Shown in pieces: positions 28,415 to 42,607 of a stretch of DNA of 64,000 bases. Both the position numbers and the translations under genes were made by a program. The stretch is from Epiperipatus broadwayi (Eukaryota > Animalia > Onychophora). Position 1 is the stretch's first letter, and every line of letters begins with the position of its first letter. The stretch lies in the NCBI GenBank assembly GCA_028023455.1, contig JAQFVV010000004.1:20150001-20214000 (forward strand), given 5' to 3'. The notes beneath the pieces were generated by a model, which did not search any database, was not told the origin of the DNA, and saw nothing but the letters and a program-made list of their open reading frames with translations.

Positions 28415-31400
28415 TGCATTAAAGATTTGGATTAAAGATTAAATATTGTATTACTACATATATATTGTACCGGCCAAAATTGTATGTTAACTCAACACGA
28501 TTCACAGCCTGGTTAAAAGTGACTCAAATCCAACCATATGCGAGATCAAGATAAAGAATACTTATGGATTCTGCCCTGTTTACCCACTCTCTAAATCTGC
28601 CAACTAATTAACAACATTTTTGAGGCAAGCAATTAATCTTTTCCACACTCCGTTCCACTAGCATCAATGGTGGAACATGAGCCTCAACTAATTCAACTGT
28701 CTAACTCTAATATTTGTCCTAATTAGACTATCTATTAACTTAAATATAAAGATGGTATGTGTGTGACCTTGAGTCATCAGATGGCAGCACAATAATTTAT
28801 TAGAAATACTAATTTTAGAATGAATAAATAGAGACGAACCACAGGTAGCTTAAATTCACATATATATATATATTTAATAAAACATTGGTATAATTTATCT
28901 AACATCTCTGTTTTTATTTCATAAGTTAGTTAACACAAATTTCTATTCTGTCATTTATTATGCCTCTGGCAAGAGAGCGGTATAGTTTATATGCCAATCT
29001 AACAAATGTAAACGATTAGCGATTTATGGAAGATGCTCACCCAAGTCTGAGATATACGAAATAAATATTTTAAAGAGCTTATTTTAAACATAACTTTATT
29101 AGGAGTGAAATTATTTTTAAGAGAGAAATAATTAACTCAAACTATAGGAATTGGCGTAGAAAAGAGTGATACATTTAAAATAAAAATGGATTGCGATATT
29201 TGCAAATAAATATTTTAAGATTTTAAAGCACATAAATTAATCAGATCATAGTCAATTCACCATGATGTGCTCAGAACAAAAGAAAGTGAACAAAACCCAG
29301 CATTCGATATTACATTACCAGTATAGACTCAATTAACCTGCCTCATTCCCATGATGCCAAGAAATAAAGAAAGAATGGTCTGCGCCATTGGCAAACCTAA
29401 AATATTTCAGGTGAAAGAATGGGAATCACCAAGGCTAGCTAAGCTCCGCTTATCCCGGGTCTTCCCATTTTACCTTTCATATACTGATAAGAAAATTCAT
29501 GGCCAGTGAAGTTATCACGTGGTCTAGTTATGATCTAGCAATCACACAGAACAAAAGACAAGTAATTAAGCAAAATACCAGCAAGGAAAGTACCAGTACT
29601 GGAGAATATATTTTAGCATTTAAATATATAATTGTCTGAGCTATAAAGATTACACAAATGTAATATGAATTGACCAAGATCAGACCAACAAGAATAAACT
29701 AAGCATTAATTATTATTACGGATATTTTTATGAGTGACATGTCGCTCCCTTCAACACAAAATCCCATTAACATTTCATTTAACATTCTATTATTCTCTTA
29801 TATTTAACATGAATATAATTTTGTAAGCCCTCTCCCTTTCACTCTTTAAAAATAAAATAATTAAAACTAAATAAAACCTCATGCTTGAATCTGGCATCTT
29901 CCCACAACTAAACCGTGTACGTATAAATATTAAAAAAAACACATAATTATATAAAATGGTTTCATCTTGACAAAACAAAGGTTGCTCCAAGTATTAATCT
30001 TTCAGAGCTAGAGAATTATTCATTTTTATTTACCGACAAAAAAAGGAAGCACAGTATTTATTTAGATAAAGCTTCATCGAGATGGAACAATTGGCCTATA
30101 TTCATTTCATTTAAATAAGTAATAATATTTTTTAAACCGCATTAGAAGGAAGTTTAGCATTAAGAGGCATAACTTTTAGACAGATAGAATGAGAGCAAAG
30201 ACATTAGATTTAAGTAATAGCAAGTATAATTTACAGAATATTAAGTTAAACATTTTGATTACATTATGGGGATTACATTTTAGAAGACATTAAAATTAGC
30301 AGGATTTACATTACTGGGTCACTGGAGTTTTAAAAGAATAAATTAGGTGGTTAGAAATAACAAATTGGAACATATTACCTAATTTATTATGAGTCCTTGT
30401 GGAAGTTTGGATCCTATGATGAAATATGAATTTTTCACAGGCATAGCTAGCTATGTATTTGAATAAGAGAATTCAGCAGTTCAGCAGATCATTTTGATGA
30501 GATTTCTCCAGCATGAGGTATTGGACAATCATCTTTGGGACAATGGAAGATGGGCAGCCTACACGGCCATCTACTCCACTACCATGCTTCTGAACATTTT
30601 TCTTTTTTTAAAAATTTGACCGGTGTGAGTTCATCAGGCAATCGCTGACAAAAATTATGACTGGCTGACCTCTATTGTTCTCTTGGGCTATTTATACCCT
30701 TTTTGACTATTTTTGGGAAATTCCCTTTTTCATATGCTCCAGGCTAAGTGACTATGTTGGAATTCCGGTGACCGCAATTATCAATCTAAAGTATATTCGC
30801 ATTGCATTCTTGAGATCAACTCTCCTGATAAACCCAATGATTTAATTGTTTCAAATCTATTTTTACTTAAATGTAGATTTGAAGAATTTATATTTTAAAT
30901 CTCTTTTCTATTTTAATTTTACTTTAATCAGAAAATCCATTACCTTTTTGTTAATGGTTTTTCTTTTGTTTGATGCTACGGAATGTTAGTAAGGTTTATC
31001 ATGAAAACAAATCTCCAGAATAAAATACTTAAAAAACATATATTAAAAATTTATATATTGATTTTTATAAAAGTTTCCATCTGTAATCCTATCTATATGT
31101 ATTTGCGTATATATATATATATATATATCTGGGCCCCTCCAATATTTATAATAAAAACATTTTAAATAGAAAATTAATACTTTAATCACTTATTTACTGG
31201 CTTAAAATTTAAATGTATACAAAATGGCAGATGGAAAGTTTTACAAACATCGTAACAAGCGTGGATCTGGTTTGATCCTAGTCTAGCAATCTAGAAAGAC
31301 ATGAAGCATGGATCTGGCCTTCAGATCCATTGCTTCAATATATATATTGTAACTTCATATAGTAACTAAACAATAATAATATAGCTCAAAAGTACAGTTT

Positions 31401-33239
31401 AATAATCATAAGTATTGAGCAAAGCAAAAATATAACCTAAAGAGATAGTGATGATGATTGGCAGGCCAAACCTGCCAAACAAAATATAAACTCAGGGTTA
31501 TACAGTGATAACAACTAAATAATAATAATTAAATAATACATAATATTATAGGCTAGCTCAGAAGCAAATAATTTCTGCTACAATAAGAGAAAAATAAGCA
31601 TTACTAATTATGACAAATGCAATACCATCATATTAGGAGAAGAGTTCCCATACTCTCTTTAAAATACAATAATATAACTCATAAATTTTATGTAACATAT
31701 GACACAAAAAGGGATTAGGTTACTTCCAAAACTCTTTCTCCAACACATTCTCCAAAATACAATCAAATCTTATACACCTGGGTCTCATTTTATGCGGTAG
31801 ATAGGTTCCTCAGAAAACGCGCACAAATGAAATCACACAAAAATAGACTTAACTTACCTTGAAAAATGGGGGATATGTACTGTAATTTTCCAAAAATCAC
31901 ATAAAAGCAAAGCAACAATGTAAAATTACTTTAAATTTCGCATAAAAATAAAAATAAAATAAAATATGACTAATAAAAAATTTCAAATTTGAAAAAAATT
32001 GATACAAGACAAACTTTTTTTACTCTTTTTATTAAAATACAGTATTTAATTTTATTCAAAACAATTTATTTTTATGTGTAATTTACATTTTTTTCATACA
32101 TGTTGAAACAGTAAGATTCGTATTCGAATCTTAAGTTTCACCTTTTTCTGTCGTCTCTCACTGACTGGTCTATCCCGCCCAAATTTAAACTTTTTGATAT
32201 CAAATTGTGTGTGTAACAATATTAAAAATGTATAAATATATGTAGAATTCAGCATAAACACGCACACATTTCGATCTCAAATTAAACGCAATAAATAGGG
32301 ATAAAATAATATAATTTAGATTTCTTTTAGTTATATAAATTTGTATAATTTTAATCATTTATTTTGGATTATAAAGTTCGTATTTATTGCTTTGTTTAAA
32401 TTTCATTTAATAATAATTCTAAAAATATCTGATGTAATATTTAATTAAAAGTTAAAATAATCTTATGTTCCCTTTTTGTTTTTGAAATTTAAAAGCATCG
32501 GTCAGTGATAGATAATAGATTAATTAAAGAAAAATTACCCAAAAATAATTAGTAAATGTAAAATGTAAACAATAGGACGGCAGCTTTCTTTAATTAAAAA
32601 CCAACAAAATGCATTGATTATCCTCAGGGCAGATTAAGTAGAACCTAAAAATATCTTCACAAAAACGTGAAAGATCAAGATAAGAAAAGAGGCCATCTTA
32701 GACTTGCTGGAGACATTCACGAAAACTTTAGCTTTGCTCTTGATCACTGAGAGTCTCCAAAAATATAAAAATAATTTGTTCCTGCCAAGGTATGACCGAG
32801 TAAAGCACCTAGATTATTCTCCATCGGGATATGGCCTGTCGGATGCTGAACTTTCCATTGCCCATCATAAATTAACCATGAAGATCTGCTGCCTTAAATA
32901 AATGAAAAAGCTGCTGCTGTTGTGAAATTAAATGAAATATCTCAATACAAGAAAGAATTGCCACTCGTGAACTTTTTGCTGCTAAACTCATGGAATAAGA
33001 AAACTTCTTATAAAACAGGTACCTGTCTGTGTTCAAACTCTAGAGTACTCTAATAATATGCTATAGCTCTTCTTCATACTACTTATCTAAATTATAAAAT
33101 GTAAAACTACCATTTGTATAACTAAAATTGAATAATTAATTTAATGTGTAAATTTCTTTACTAATCTAGCTCACTCATTCTATCTTGGGTGCGTATTTTT
33201 AAAATCTACATTTTATCTATATTTATTATTTAATTATTG

Positions 33240-34800
33240 CATGCTCACAATTGTCTCTATTTTCAAAGTTTAAATCTATGATCGTTTGAAACAGTGAATG
33301 CGTGTCACATTTTCATAATATGTATTTTCCTAAATAACTTCCATATAAATCGACACGCATTCAATGGCATCATTTATTGTAATGCAGGGGTCTACTACTT
33401 CACAAATGCCCTGACGTATTAGTTACAATAATTCCCAATTTATATCTGTTTTGTATTTATTAAATCATCATGATTAATTCCCAATTTATATCTGTTTTGT
33501 ATTTATTAAATCATCATGAATAATTCCAGAAAATTACATTTCTTTGAGAGTCGCCAACGTTCTTTAGTAAATGTTGATAATGTAGGGCCTAGTTAGAAAT
33601 CTATTTTAAATCTCATCATAATCGTTTATACAGTATACATGCGCTACGTTTTAGAGATGCGATGACCCATTCTGCCGTGAAATTTCCGGATTCTTCAGGG
33701 TTGAAATTAACCCCAGTCGTCCTACACAAGCGGGCATAATGGGTGCTCCCGTAGGACTTGACAACGTCATGCAGCCAGCCGGCAAAAATGCGACACGGAC
33801 CGCTTGTCCCTGGTTATGCTTATGTGACACCTTACTTCGTCGGGTCGGGGCAGAGACCAGCCTGACATTCTTATAAACCCATTCACGGCATTGCAGTTTC
33901 AATATACTGCCATTCCATATCGCCTTTCTAAAGCGTACCACGTGTTCCTTTACCAAGTTTTATTATTCTATATATCACTCCGCCTCTGCATTATCTTCAT
34001 AATTCACTCTCAAATAAATGTTTGCCCTTAGTCATAAAATAAATAGTTTAATTAAATAAATATATGTCCACCGCTACTCTTAAATCTTACTTTAGACTCT
34101 TGCATTGCAAAGGTATAAATTCCCCAAGGCATGCATTAGAAATACTCACTCGAGAATTTTAGGTAGCTAGATTACGCTTTCAAATAAATGTATTCCTTTT
34201 GTAAACATTACAGTGTCGGAAATACCGCTACTGAAATCCTCAATATAAAATAATGTCTAAATAAATAAATGTACTCTTTAAAATATAATCATGTCGCAAA
34301 TTCCGCTACTGAAGCTTTCAATCCCTAAAATATTATTAGTCAATGTTTTATTAAAATGTATTAATAAATAATTTCAAACTATATGTCTGCAGTTACGTTT
34401 CATTTATTCGATACCCATTCTATATACTATTTCCTCGATTATGTAAATATGAATGTTTAATTAATATTAGTTTGATTATTGGCTAACTCGAGAATAAAAT
34501 CATGAGTCTCTTGCATATCCCTGACCACCGTGCCTAAGGAAATATTTACTAATGTCGCATCAGATGCGTTGTTTCGTGGATTGTATTGTGGAACCGATAA
34601 ACTATGTTCGAACTCAATACCACGGGTGGCTTCGCTACTCGATGGTGCTGCTGTTCTGTATGGTGGTCGAATTCTGCACTATGTTTACAAGTCACACGTT
34701 TTCTGACCGTTACAATGTATGGTATTTTAAACATTATCACTATTTGAGACATCAGATTCATCATGATGTGATGTGATGTGAGGTACTGTAGTTTCTCCTT
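33240..34800. other. CpG-rich insert of unknown origin nested in the Tigger-like element
   Basis: Abrupt rise in GC and CpG, short open frames, internal repeats, (TGATG)n at the right end. Confidence 0.45.
33429..33527 (+). repeat. 46 bp near-perfect tandem duplication
   Basis: taattcccaatttatatctgttttgtatttattaaatcatcatga x2 plus a partial third copy. Confidence 0.9.
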
Positions 34801-37800
34801 AAACAAAGTCAAGAGGAAATACAACTAAAATATTTTCCAATAGCTGTTGATCCTTCTCATTTCACTAAGCGATCTAAAATTAAAATTTTTGTTTACAAAG
34901 AAATTCATTTTCTTGGGTGTTTTTTCTTTCCGTTAGAGTAAACTGAAAGTTTAAAATAAAAATAAGAACTTAGACTTATGATAAGAAAAAAGACAACAAC
35001 TCACCACTGTTGGGAAAAATTTAATTAAAACTACTAATAAAAAATTAAATTCTTATTTTTGTCTTTAATTTCTTAATGTTCAATTCTGTTTAAAAATCAA
35101 ATTTCATGGTTTCACATCACCTTAATGCTATGTAATTTTTAAATTGTTAATTACAATTAAAAATCATATTTTAATTGTCAAATTTAATTGTGCCCACTGC
35201 TGTTACTCACCTTTTAAAAATAAAATTGTGGACATTAAATGATTAATTGATTATGTACTCTTTTTATAAAAAGCAAAAATAGAACGTGATTTAAAATACA
35301 AAAACAACAACATATATATTTTTCATCTATAACATTTGAACAAATTTACATTATAATCTTGTAAAATTTAATGTGCATATATAAAATGGGAAAATTCTGA
35401 TTTTAAGTGAATTATGAACTTCTTTATTGCATAAAATCTATTACAGTACTATTATAAAGCATGGAAAATATTGAAATTATTAGATGAAAGTCGAACTCCA
35501 ATAATGCGCTATTACTTTAAATATGACGTGAGTGCGTGAAATTTATAATATTTAAAGTAATAGTGCATTATCAGAGCTTGACTTCTGATCTAATAATTTT
35601 TATTGCATAAAAGAAAACCACATACAAAGATATTAAGAAGAAACATGAATCGCATAACTTCAAAATCGCATTAAATAAATCCGCATAAAATGAGACCCGG
35701 GTGTACTCATAAATACTCTTTTAAATGATCAGATTTAAGGTCTATCATTTTTAGTAAAAAGTCTAAGGTTTTCTATGCCCCATAATTCTTTTTAAGAATA
35801 ATTTTTATCTTAAGCATAGCAATTCTTTCATAAAACAATTTTATAAATAAAACTCAGGGGTTCTCTTTATGATGAAGTCTTTCATAGTCAATAGTTTTGT
35901 TTTTCTTTTATTTCTTAAAACTAACCAAGAATGTGATCCTAGTAAAATAATAATAGCAACAAGACATGATTTTATCTTTAAGATGATATTAAATCATACA
36001 ATTATTAAATTTAGAATTAAAATTAAACATGAAAACTCTTCTATAAAAAATAATTATAACACATTAGGATAACATTCATGATATTATGAGTAGGTAGAGA
36101 TTTTGTTGCTACTCAAAATATTACACTCATGTCATATTTCTTTGTACTATTGTGCTCTCAATATCTAAAATAAATAAATATGTGTGTAGTAATATTAAAT
36201 TTCTGAAAGATGGAAATAATGATAAAATAATAGATTAATAAAAATTAATAATTAAAATAACATTTACTGACATTTGTAACATTGAATAGGCAAATATCAA
36301 GCTATTTTGTAAACATTATAACTAACACCCCCCACCCCAATTAAGCATATATATATATATATATATGGGTTACAATCTGAAAATAATAGTAAAATTATCC
36401 AGTAATTAGTAAATCATACTATGACTTTGATAAATTTAGTACAGTTCTCACTCTTAATAACTATCTTACTATTATATAGTCCCTATTTGAAAATATACCA
36501 CACACTAAATAAAATATCTTATCAATCCTTGGTTAGCTATAAAAGCTGAAGAGGATGTAAAAATTGTATGACCACATATACAATTATAAATTTAATATCA
36601 AATACTTTATTGGATTTAAAACATCTGGATGCGCTAGCTAGGCACATCAAAAACATACAGATTAACAAACAGTGCAACTGAAGGTTATGGGTGGCATTTC
36701 TCATTATCTCCAAAAGGTAAAATATCAGAAAAAAACATAGTTGTATATTATGCATGGCTTTAAATAAATATATCATTAAGATTCATATTAAGGAGTTAAA
36801 AAAAGAAAAGGCAAAATAGAATGATGGTATGAACTCAAATAAGCACATATACACAAGGGAAATAAAGAGCTAGGACTTTGTCTCTAATCATGAAATTTGA
36901 AAATGAACCATTAAAAGAAAGGGATTTGCCTAAATATAATTGTATATTTAGTATCAGAAAATTTTAAGAAAACTCACTGGCATAATACAATAAACTATAA
37001 GAGAGAGAAAGCTCTACCATCTCTTAAAATACTGAAAAATACGTGATGTGTAAAACTGATAAAACAATAAAATGGCCAAAATATAGCCAAAATATAAAAT
37101 GATGGAAAAGTAATACAACAATAAAAATATACACCAACTTCTGAACTCTTCCAGCATCTAAACACATTCAAAATAACTTCAAAAAGAGACAAATATAATA
37201 TATTTTAAAAATATTATTCTAGTAATATTCTGAGAACTTAACATGAAAATACTTTTTAAATATATATAAATTATATAGAGAACCATAGAAATGAACATAT
37301 GACATATAAAAGTAAAATAAATATTAAAACTAATATTTATATCCATTACCAATAAAATAAAGAGTCCTTAATCGTGATGTTCATACCATTATACCAGATA
37401 AAATCAAAGTTCTTGAATATTCTGCAGACTATCCAGGTAATATTAAAGATTAAATTAATACACAGCAATTAAAAAATATGAGGTAAGCAAAGACTTAAAG
37501 TTACTTACACAAATAATAATACACTATTCTGACTGGATTAATGTACTTAAATAAGTAGAATAATGAATACTATAAACATCACATAATTCATAATAGTGAA
37601 TAGAATAACAATACAACAAACATTATAAATATCACACAGCACATTGGATAAATGAAATTAGCATTTCTTTTAAAGAGCACAGTTTATCATCTATTAGTAA
37701 ATATAATTGAAACAAATATTTTAATGGAGCATGTAAGGAGCTTTTAAATCAATATTTCTGTAGAACATATAGAACATGGTATTGAATTAAAATAAACTTT

Positions 37801-38835
37801 TGAAGAGCAACATATTTGAGAACTGGAACAAACATTAAAAATATACTTTATTCTTTTTTAACCTAATGTGATTGCAATAATAATTATTTTGTAAAGCTAG
37901 CATTTGTAACACATCTTGACAAATAAGATTAAGTTCTTGCAAAAACCAACACTAATAAATGAATTTTATAATTTTTTTAAAATGGTTCATTTTCATAAAT
38001 ATTTAGACATACTTAATAAATTTCAGTCTTTTATTAATAGTATGCAGATTAATAAGTATAAAATAAAATTTGGGTTTTTATTTTTCTCTTAAAACAATTT
38101 TACTTCGAATAAACAGATATTCTACTATAGCATTCAGCAGCACAAGCTTCTTTAATATAAAAATGTATAAATAATATCTTCTTCATTATTAAACTATTTT
38201 GTAGCAAACAGATATAATATTATTATAATATAGAAAGTAGTCACATTTATCAATGACAAAACAAACTTCTCCTTTCTTTAAAGTAATTTTAATATGCTAA
38301 TATTTTAAAACAAGCATCAACAAAACATGTAATAAATATTTTTTTAATGGTTATTAATAAATAACCACTCATTAACAATTAGCATCTTTAAATTCTTTCA
38401 TTGTTTGAAGGGTTCTACAATTCTAGCAATATAGTTCAAATTCAATATAATATGAAATTGTACCAAAGGAGAACACTCTTGAAAATGATAGAAATATTCA
38501 GTTTTATTTAAATAAAATTGTTTTTAAAGTTCTTTTAGAAAAAGCAGATGAAATCTTTTTAATATTAATGTAAAGTAATTTATAAGTTCTAGAACACAAT
38601 CTAGAGATTATTCTTTTTAAAATAAAGTTTAAATATAATAAATAAATTGAAATTGATAAAGTTCTTACAATGCAGAAATAATACATGCATCTTGAAGAAT
38701 TTCCCATAATGCAATCTTGAAGAAACTTGAAGTAGTGAAAAGTTTAAGTTATAAAAGAAACATGAATAGATAATTATTACTTAACAATGCATATTTTACT
38801 TAACTAACAAATAAAAATGAATTTTTGAAGAGTTA

Positions 38836-39600
38836 GGTACTTTTGTAGAAGCTGTATGACAGAAGATCACCAGCCATATTTGTTTTAATTATCCATTTAC
38901 AGGGTGTTGAAAAAAAATTACAAACAATATGGCTGACTACAAGCTATTGTATTTAATATTATTTTTTTAAAATGATTTTAAAAACAAAAGGAAATACACA
39001 AAACTACAAATGATCATAATTAAAGGAAATTTAATATAAATAAATAAAAAAGCTGGTCAAAGAAAGTATATCAAAAGTGTGTTACAAATGTGGGTTCTTC
39101 ATGTTGGTGGGCAGAAATACTTAATAGCATGTATTATGACCACAATTGCACTTTCGCTTTATGCAGCCAACATAACAAATTCTGCTAAATAGGAATTGAA
39201 GTATGGTTTTGCAGTTCTCTGTGCTTTTTGTTTATTCTATCATTGGAAAATCTCAAATTTTAATCATTTCCACAAAAAAAAAAAGGTAAACTAAAATATC
39301 AAAAATAATATTACACTAAATGTAATAAAATGCCATTAAATAATGACAACAGTATTTGCAATGTTCATACACTGTCATATAAGTAAAAAAAAATAATTAT
39401 ATATTGTGAAATGGAATTTTTTTTTAAAGGTAACAGTAGCTTATAATTTATTTTCTTAATATTGTTTAATTTTAATAAGTAACACATTTTTGGCAAAATA
39501 TTTTTGAGAAAATAAACAAATAGTTGAGGCCCCTGAAAATGGATAACTAAAACAAATATAGGTGGCAAACTTCTATTGTATAGCTTTTACAAAAGTAACA
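38836..39600. mobile_element. Non-autonomous TIR element related to family D
   Basis: ~75 bp imperfect TIR ggtacttttgtagaagctgtat...gccatatttgttttaattatccatttacaggg mirrored at 39528-39600. Confidence 0.65.
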
Positions 39601-39904
39601 AAAGTTAAACTTCAAAGTACAAAATAAGAAATAGGGGTGTATGTTGGTTTAATAAACCAGACTTTTATAGAGTAAATCAAGTGATGGAAACTGATTGGAT
39701 TAATTGACAATGGAAAGATCCATCCCAGATGCAATTAAGTGAAAGTTCAAGCACTTCTGTAACTGAGTATCAATTTCTAAAAATAAATCTAATTAACATT
39801 TTAAAAAAATTTCCAGACTTTAATTGTCTAGACAGGCTAATCAAATATCCCTTTTTTAAAAAATAATTATTTAATAAATTATTTAATAAAATATAATTAA
39901 TTAA

Positions 39905-40012
39905 GTCAAGCGCTGTTAGCTGAGAGGTCATTGCGGCCGCCTTGCAAGCAAGTAGTTGGTTGCAGATGGTTGTGGGTTCGCATCCCGGTCGGTGCTATGA
40001 CATATGAAAAAA
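39905..40012 (+). mobile_element. tRNA-derived SINE, TGC-loop subfamily
   Basis: Homologous to 3046-3155; flanked by aatataattaatta / aatacaattaatta. Confidence 0.85.
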
Positions 40013-42438
40013 CAATACAATTAATTATACTAGCAAAAATAAAAATACATCTTATTCTTTTTTTTAAATTTTCAGAACATGACTTTATTATTGTATCTTT
40101 TTAAAAAAAGATAAGTTTTATAAAAATTAAATCTTGAAATTAACTTTAACATTAGCTTTCCAACAAGAAAATATTTTAAATAATTATTTGTATGCACTCT
40201 CACACATACTAATCTTTAATTCTTTCTCCAGGAATACTAATTTAAATACATTAGATAACTATTGGTTTAAAGATAACAAACTTCTTAATTAGGTAAATTT
40301 TAAGATTTTCTAAATAAAAACTAGATTACAATACTATTAACTATTTCACAAAAGTTTGTGCGGCTGCCGCTCATTGTTTTGAAATTTTTTTTTTTTTCAT
40401 TTTAAAATTGCAGAAAACCAAATAGATTATACATGTGCCAATAATATCATTCTCCATAGTTTGATTTCCTTTTTCATATGATATATGGTGTGTTAAAATC
40501 GGACAAAAATTCAATTTTTTATTAATTTTTTTTTGTAATAAGTCAATTTCATTTTTTTCTGCCCAATTTATTAGATTGTACAGAGAAAACAAAGGCATAA
40601 ATGTTTTAATGGCAAAATGTAATCAGAAAATGGATTCAGCATGCTTTGAAGATTTTGCAATTTCAAGGCCTTCATCCTGAAAATATATAAGTAACCAACT
40701 TTAGTTTTTTTTATTATTTGATTATTATTATTTTAGAGTTTTTTATTATTTGATAAATGTATAATTTATTAATATATTTGTGTGGTATTAACATGTCTGT
40801 GCAGTATATAAATTATACTTGTATTCAAATATAACAAAAGTAGTGATTTTGACTGCATCTATAAAATTAGGTGATTATGTACAATGTAATTTTGGGCTCT
40901 GATCCAAGTTTGAGGCATCTTTATTTTATAGATATAATGACTCCTGAAACATTTAATAATTTATTAGCATGTGTATTTGTATTAATGTGTTTTGCACTAG
41001 CATGTCTGTTAGCATAAAATGTAATGATTTTAATTGCATCTATAAAAATAGGCAATTATAGATCAGTGTAATGTAAATTTTACATCTGATTATCAGATGC
41101 ACAGAAATGTTATAATTGATGAAGAAATCACAAAATTTATTGGGCATAATACCATGTGACATTATAAACTCTTAAAACCAATAAAGGGAGATTTCAAGTG
41201 GTGTGTGTGTGGTGATAGCCACAATGGTTAGGTATACCACATGTAATTGTATGCAGGCAAAGAATTAAATCCACATTCTTGCCTATGCATTGGTACTCAT
41301 GCTGTGGAATCAGTAGTTTTTCCACATCTTGCTTCACCTTATTTTCAAGTCTACAACTAGCAAATGAGCTATACACAAATGAATTATATCTCTGTGGGAT
41401 AATAAATATAACAAGATAGTATCACTGGTGTGCACAAAAAATATAAAATGAAGAGAGGCTCATTTTATCATTGATAAAGACCTTCAATTTCTAGTTTGGA
41501 TAGACAAGACACCAATTGCTAAAATTACAAATGCATATCCACCTTCTGGAAATGATGTCTTTTGTATTTTTTATTAGGAAGAATCTTTTTTCTTATAGAT
41601 ACTTGAGATTTTTTAACTTCTAGGGTACAAGAAAATATAATGAATTCTTATGGTTCTTGTTTTCTACATTCTGAGACTATGGATTATCTCAGGTAAAAAG
41701 TATTATATATGGTTTAAATGAGAATTGTGAAAAGTACAAAGAAATTATTACTGAAATGTAATTTTAAACTTGGTTAATAATAAATTAAAAATTGTAAACA
41801 AAAAGATAAAGTAATATTTTTTTTTGGATATTGAAATTTCTTTTTTTCCTTACTTTTTTAATGGTAAGCAGTTTTAGTCTTATTTTTTCCCTTATTTTTT
41901 CTATTTTCTGTCAATATATAGCATTTTGCTTTAACATTATTAAAACTGAAGTTTTTGTAAAAATTGGTCTCAAATCAATTTTTAAAAAATTCAATATGGT
42001 GCTAAACATTAGCATTGATCACTACACTTTCAATTAAACTGTGAAATGAATTAGTTATACTATTAAAAATTAAATAACATTCTTTATTTTAAACTAACCT
42101 AAATATTCAAGATCTTTTCTGAATTTTAAACTTATTTCAAAGTTCTTGTGACATCTTAATTTAATAAAAGAACATAACAGTTAAGTTGAGATTATTTTAA
42201 CTTTACTACTTTAGTAGGTTAAACTCACTTATGCCTTAAATCAATAATAACTTTATGGTTAAACATATATAATTGTGAAAGAGTTAATTTACCAAGTTTA
42301 AATATTATTAAAATTACACTTATATAAGAATGTTTTTAAGTTGCTACTATCTTATAATGGCAAATATGAAATGACTAATAAGTTACATATGCACTTTAAT
42401 TACTATTTAATAATAAAAATTTATTTATTGGGAATTAT

Positions 42439-42592
42439 ATTGTGACCTTTAGTTCTTGTGGTAGAATTTCATATCAAGTCTTATGATAGTACATTATTGG
42501 AAAAAAAATAAAATAGTTCATTTCCCAATAAATAAATTGTACCATCATAAGACTTGATATGAAGTTCTACCACTAGAACTGAAGGTCACAAT
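42439..42592. repeat. Inverted repeat, ~55 bp arms with a ~45 bp spacer, abutting the family A array
   Basis: attgtgacctttagttcttgtggtagaatttcatatcaagtcttatgatagtaca / tgtaccatcataagacttgatatgaagttctaccactagaactgaaggtcacaat. Confidence 0.8.
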
Positions 42593-42607
42593 ACATATAT
42601 AAAAATA

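Larger units (their letters stand above)
31775..35703. mobile_element. pogo/Tigger-type DNA transposon (3.9 kb, decayed), TA TSD
   Basis: 23 bp TIR cacc(t/c)gggtctcattttatgcgg with 22/23 identity, TA at both ends; resembles Tigger TIRs; possible DDE remnant LFSIGIWPV at ~32810-32840. Confidence 0.82.

Noticed and set aside
33788-33865. PLVPGYAYVTPY resembling the parvoviral VP1 PLA2 motif PGY.YLGP
   Set aside because: Short frame, no GPG or downstream catalytic HD motif; insufficient for an endogenous virus call
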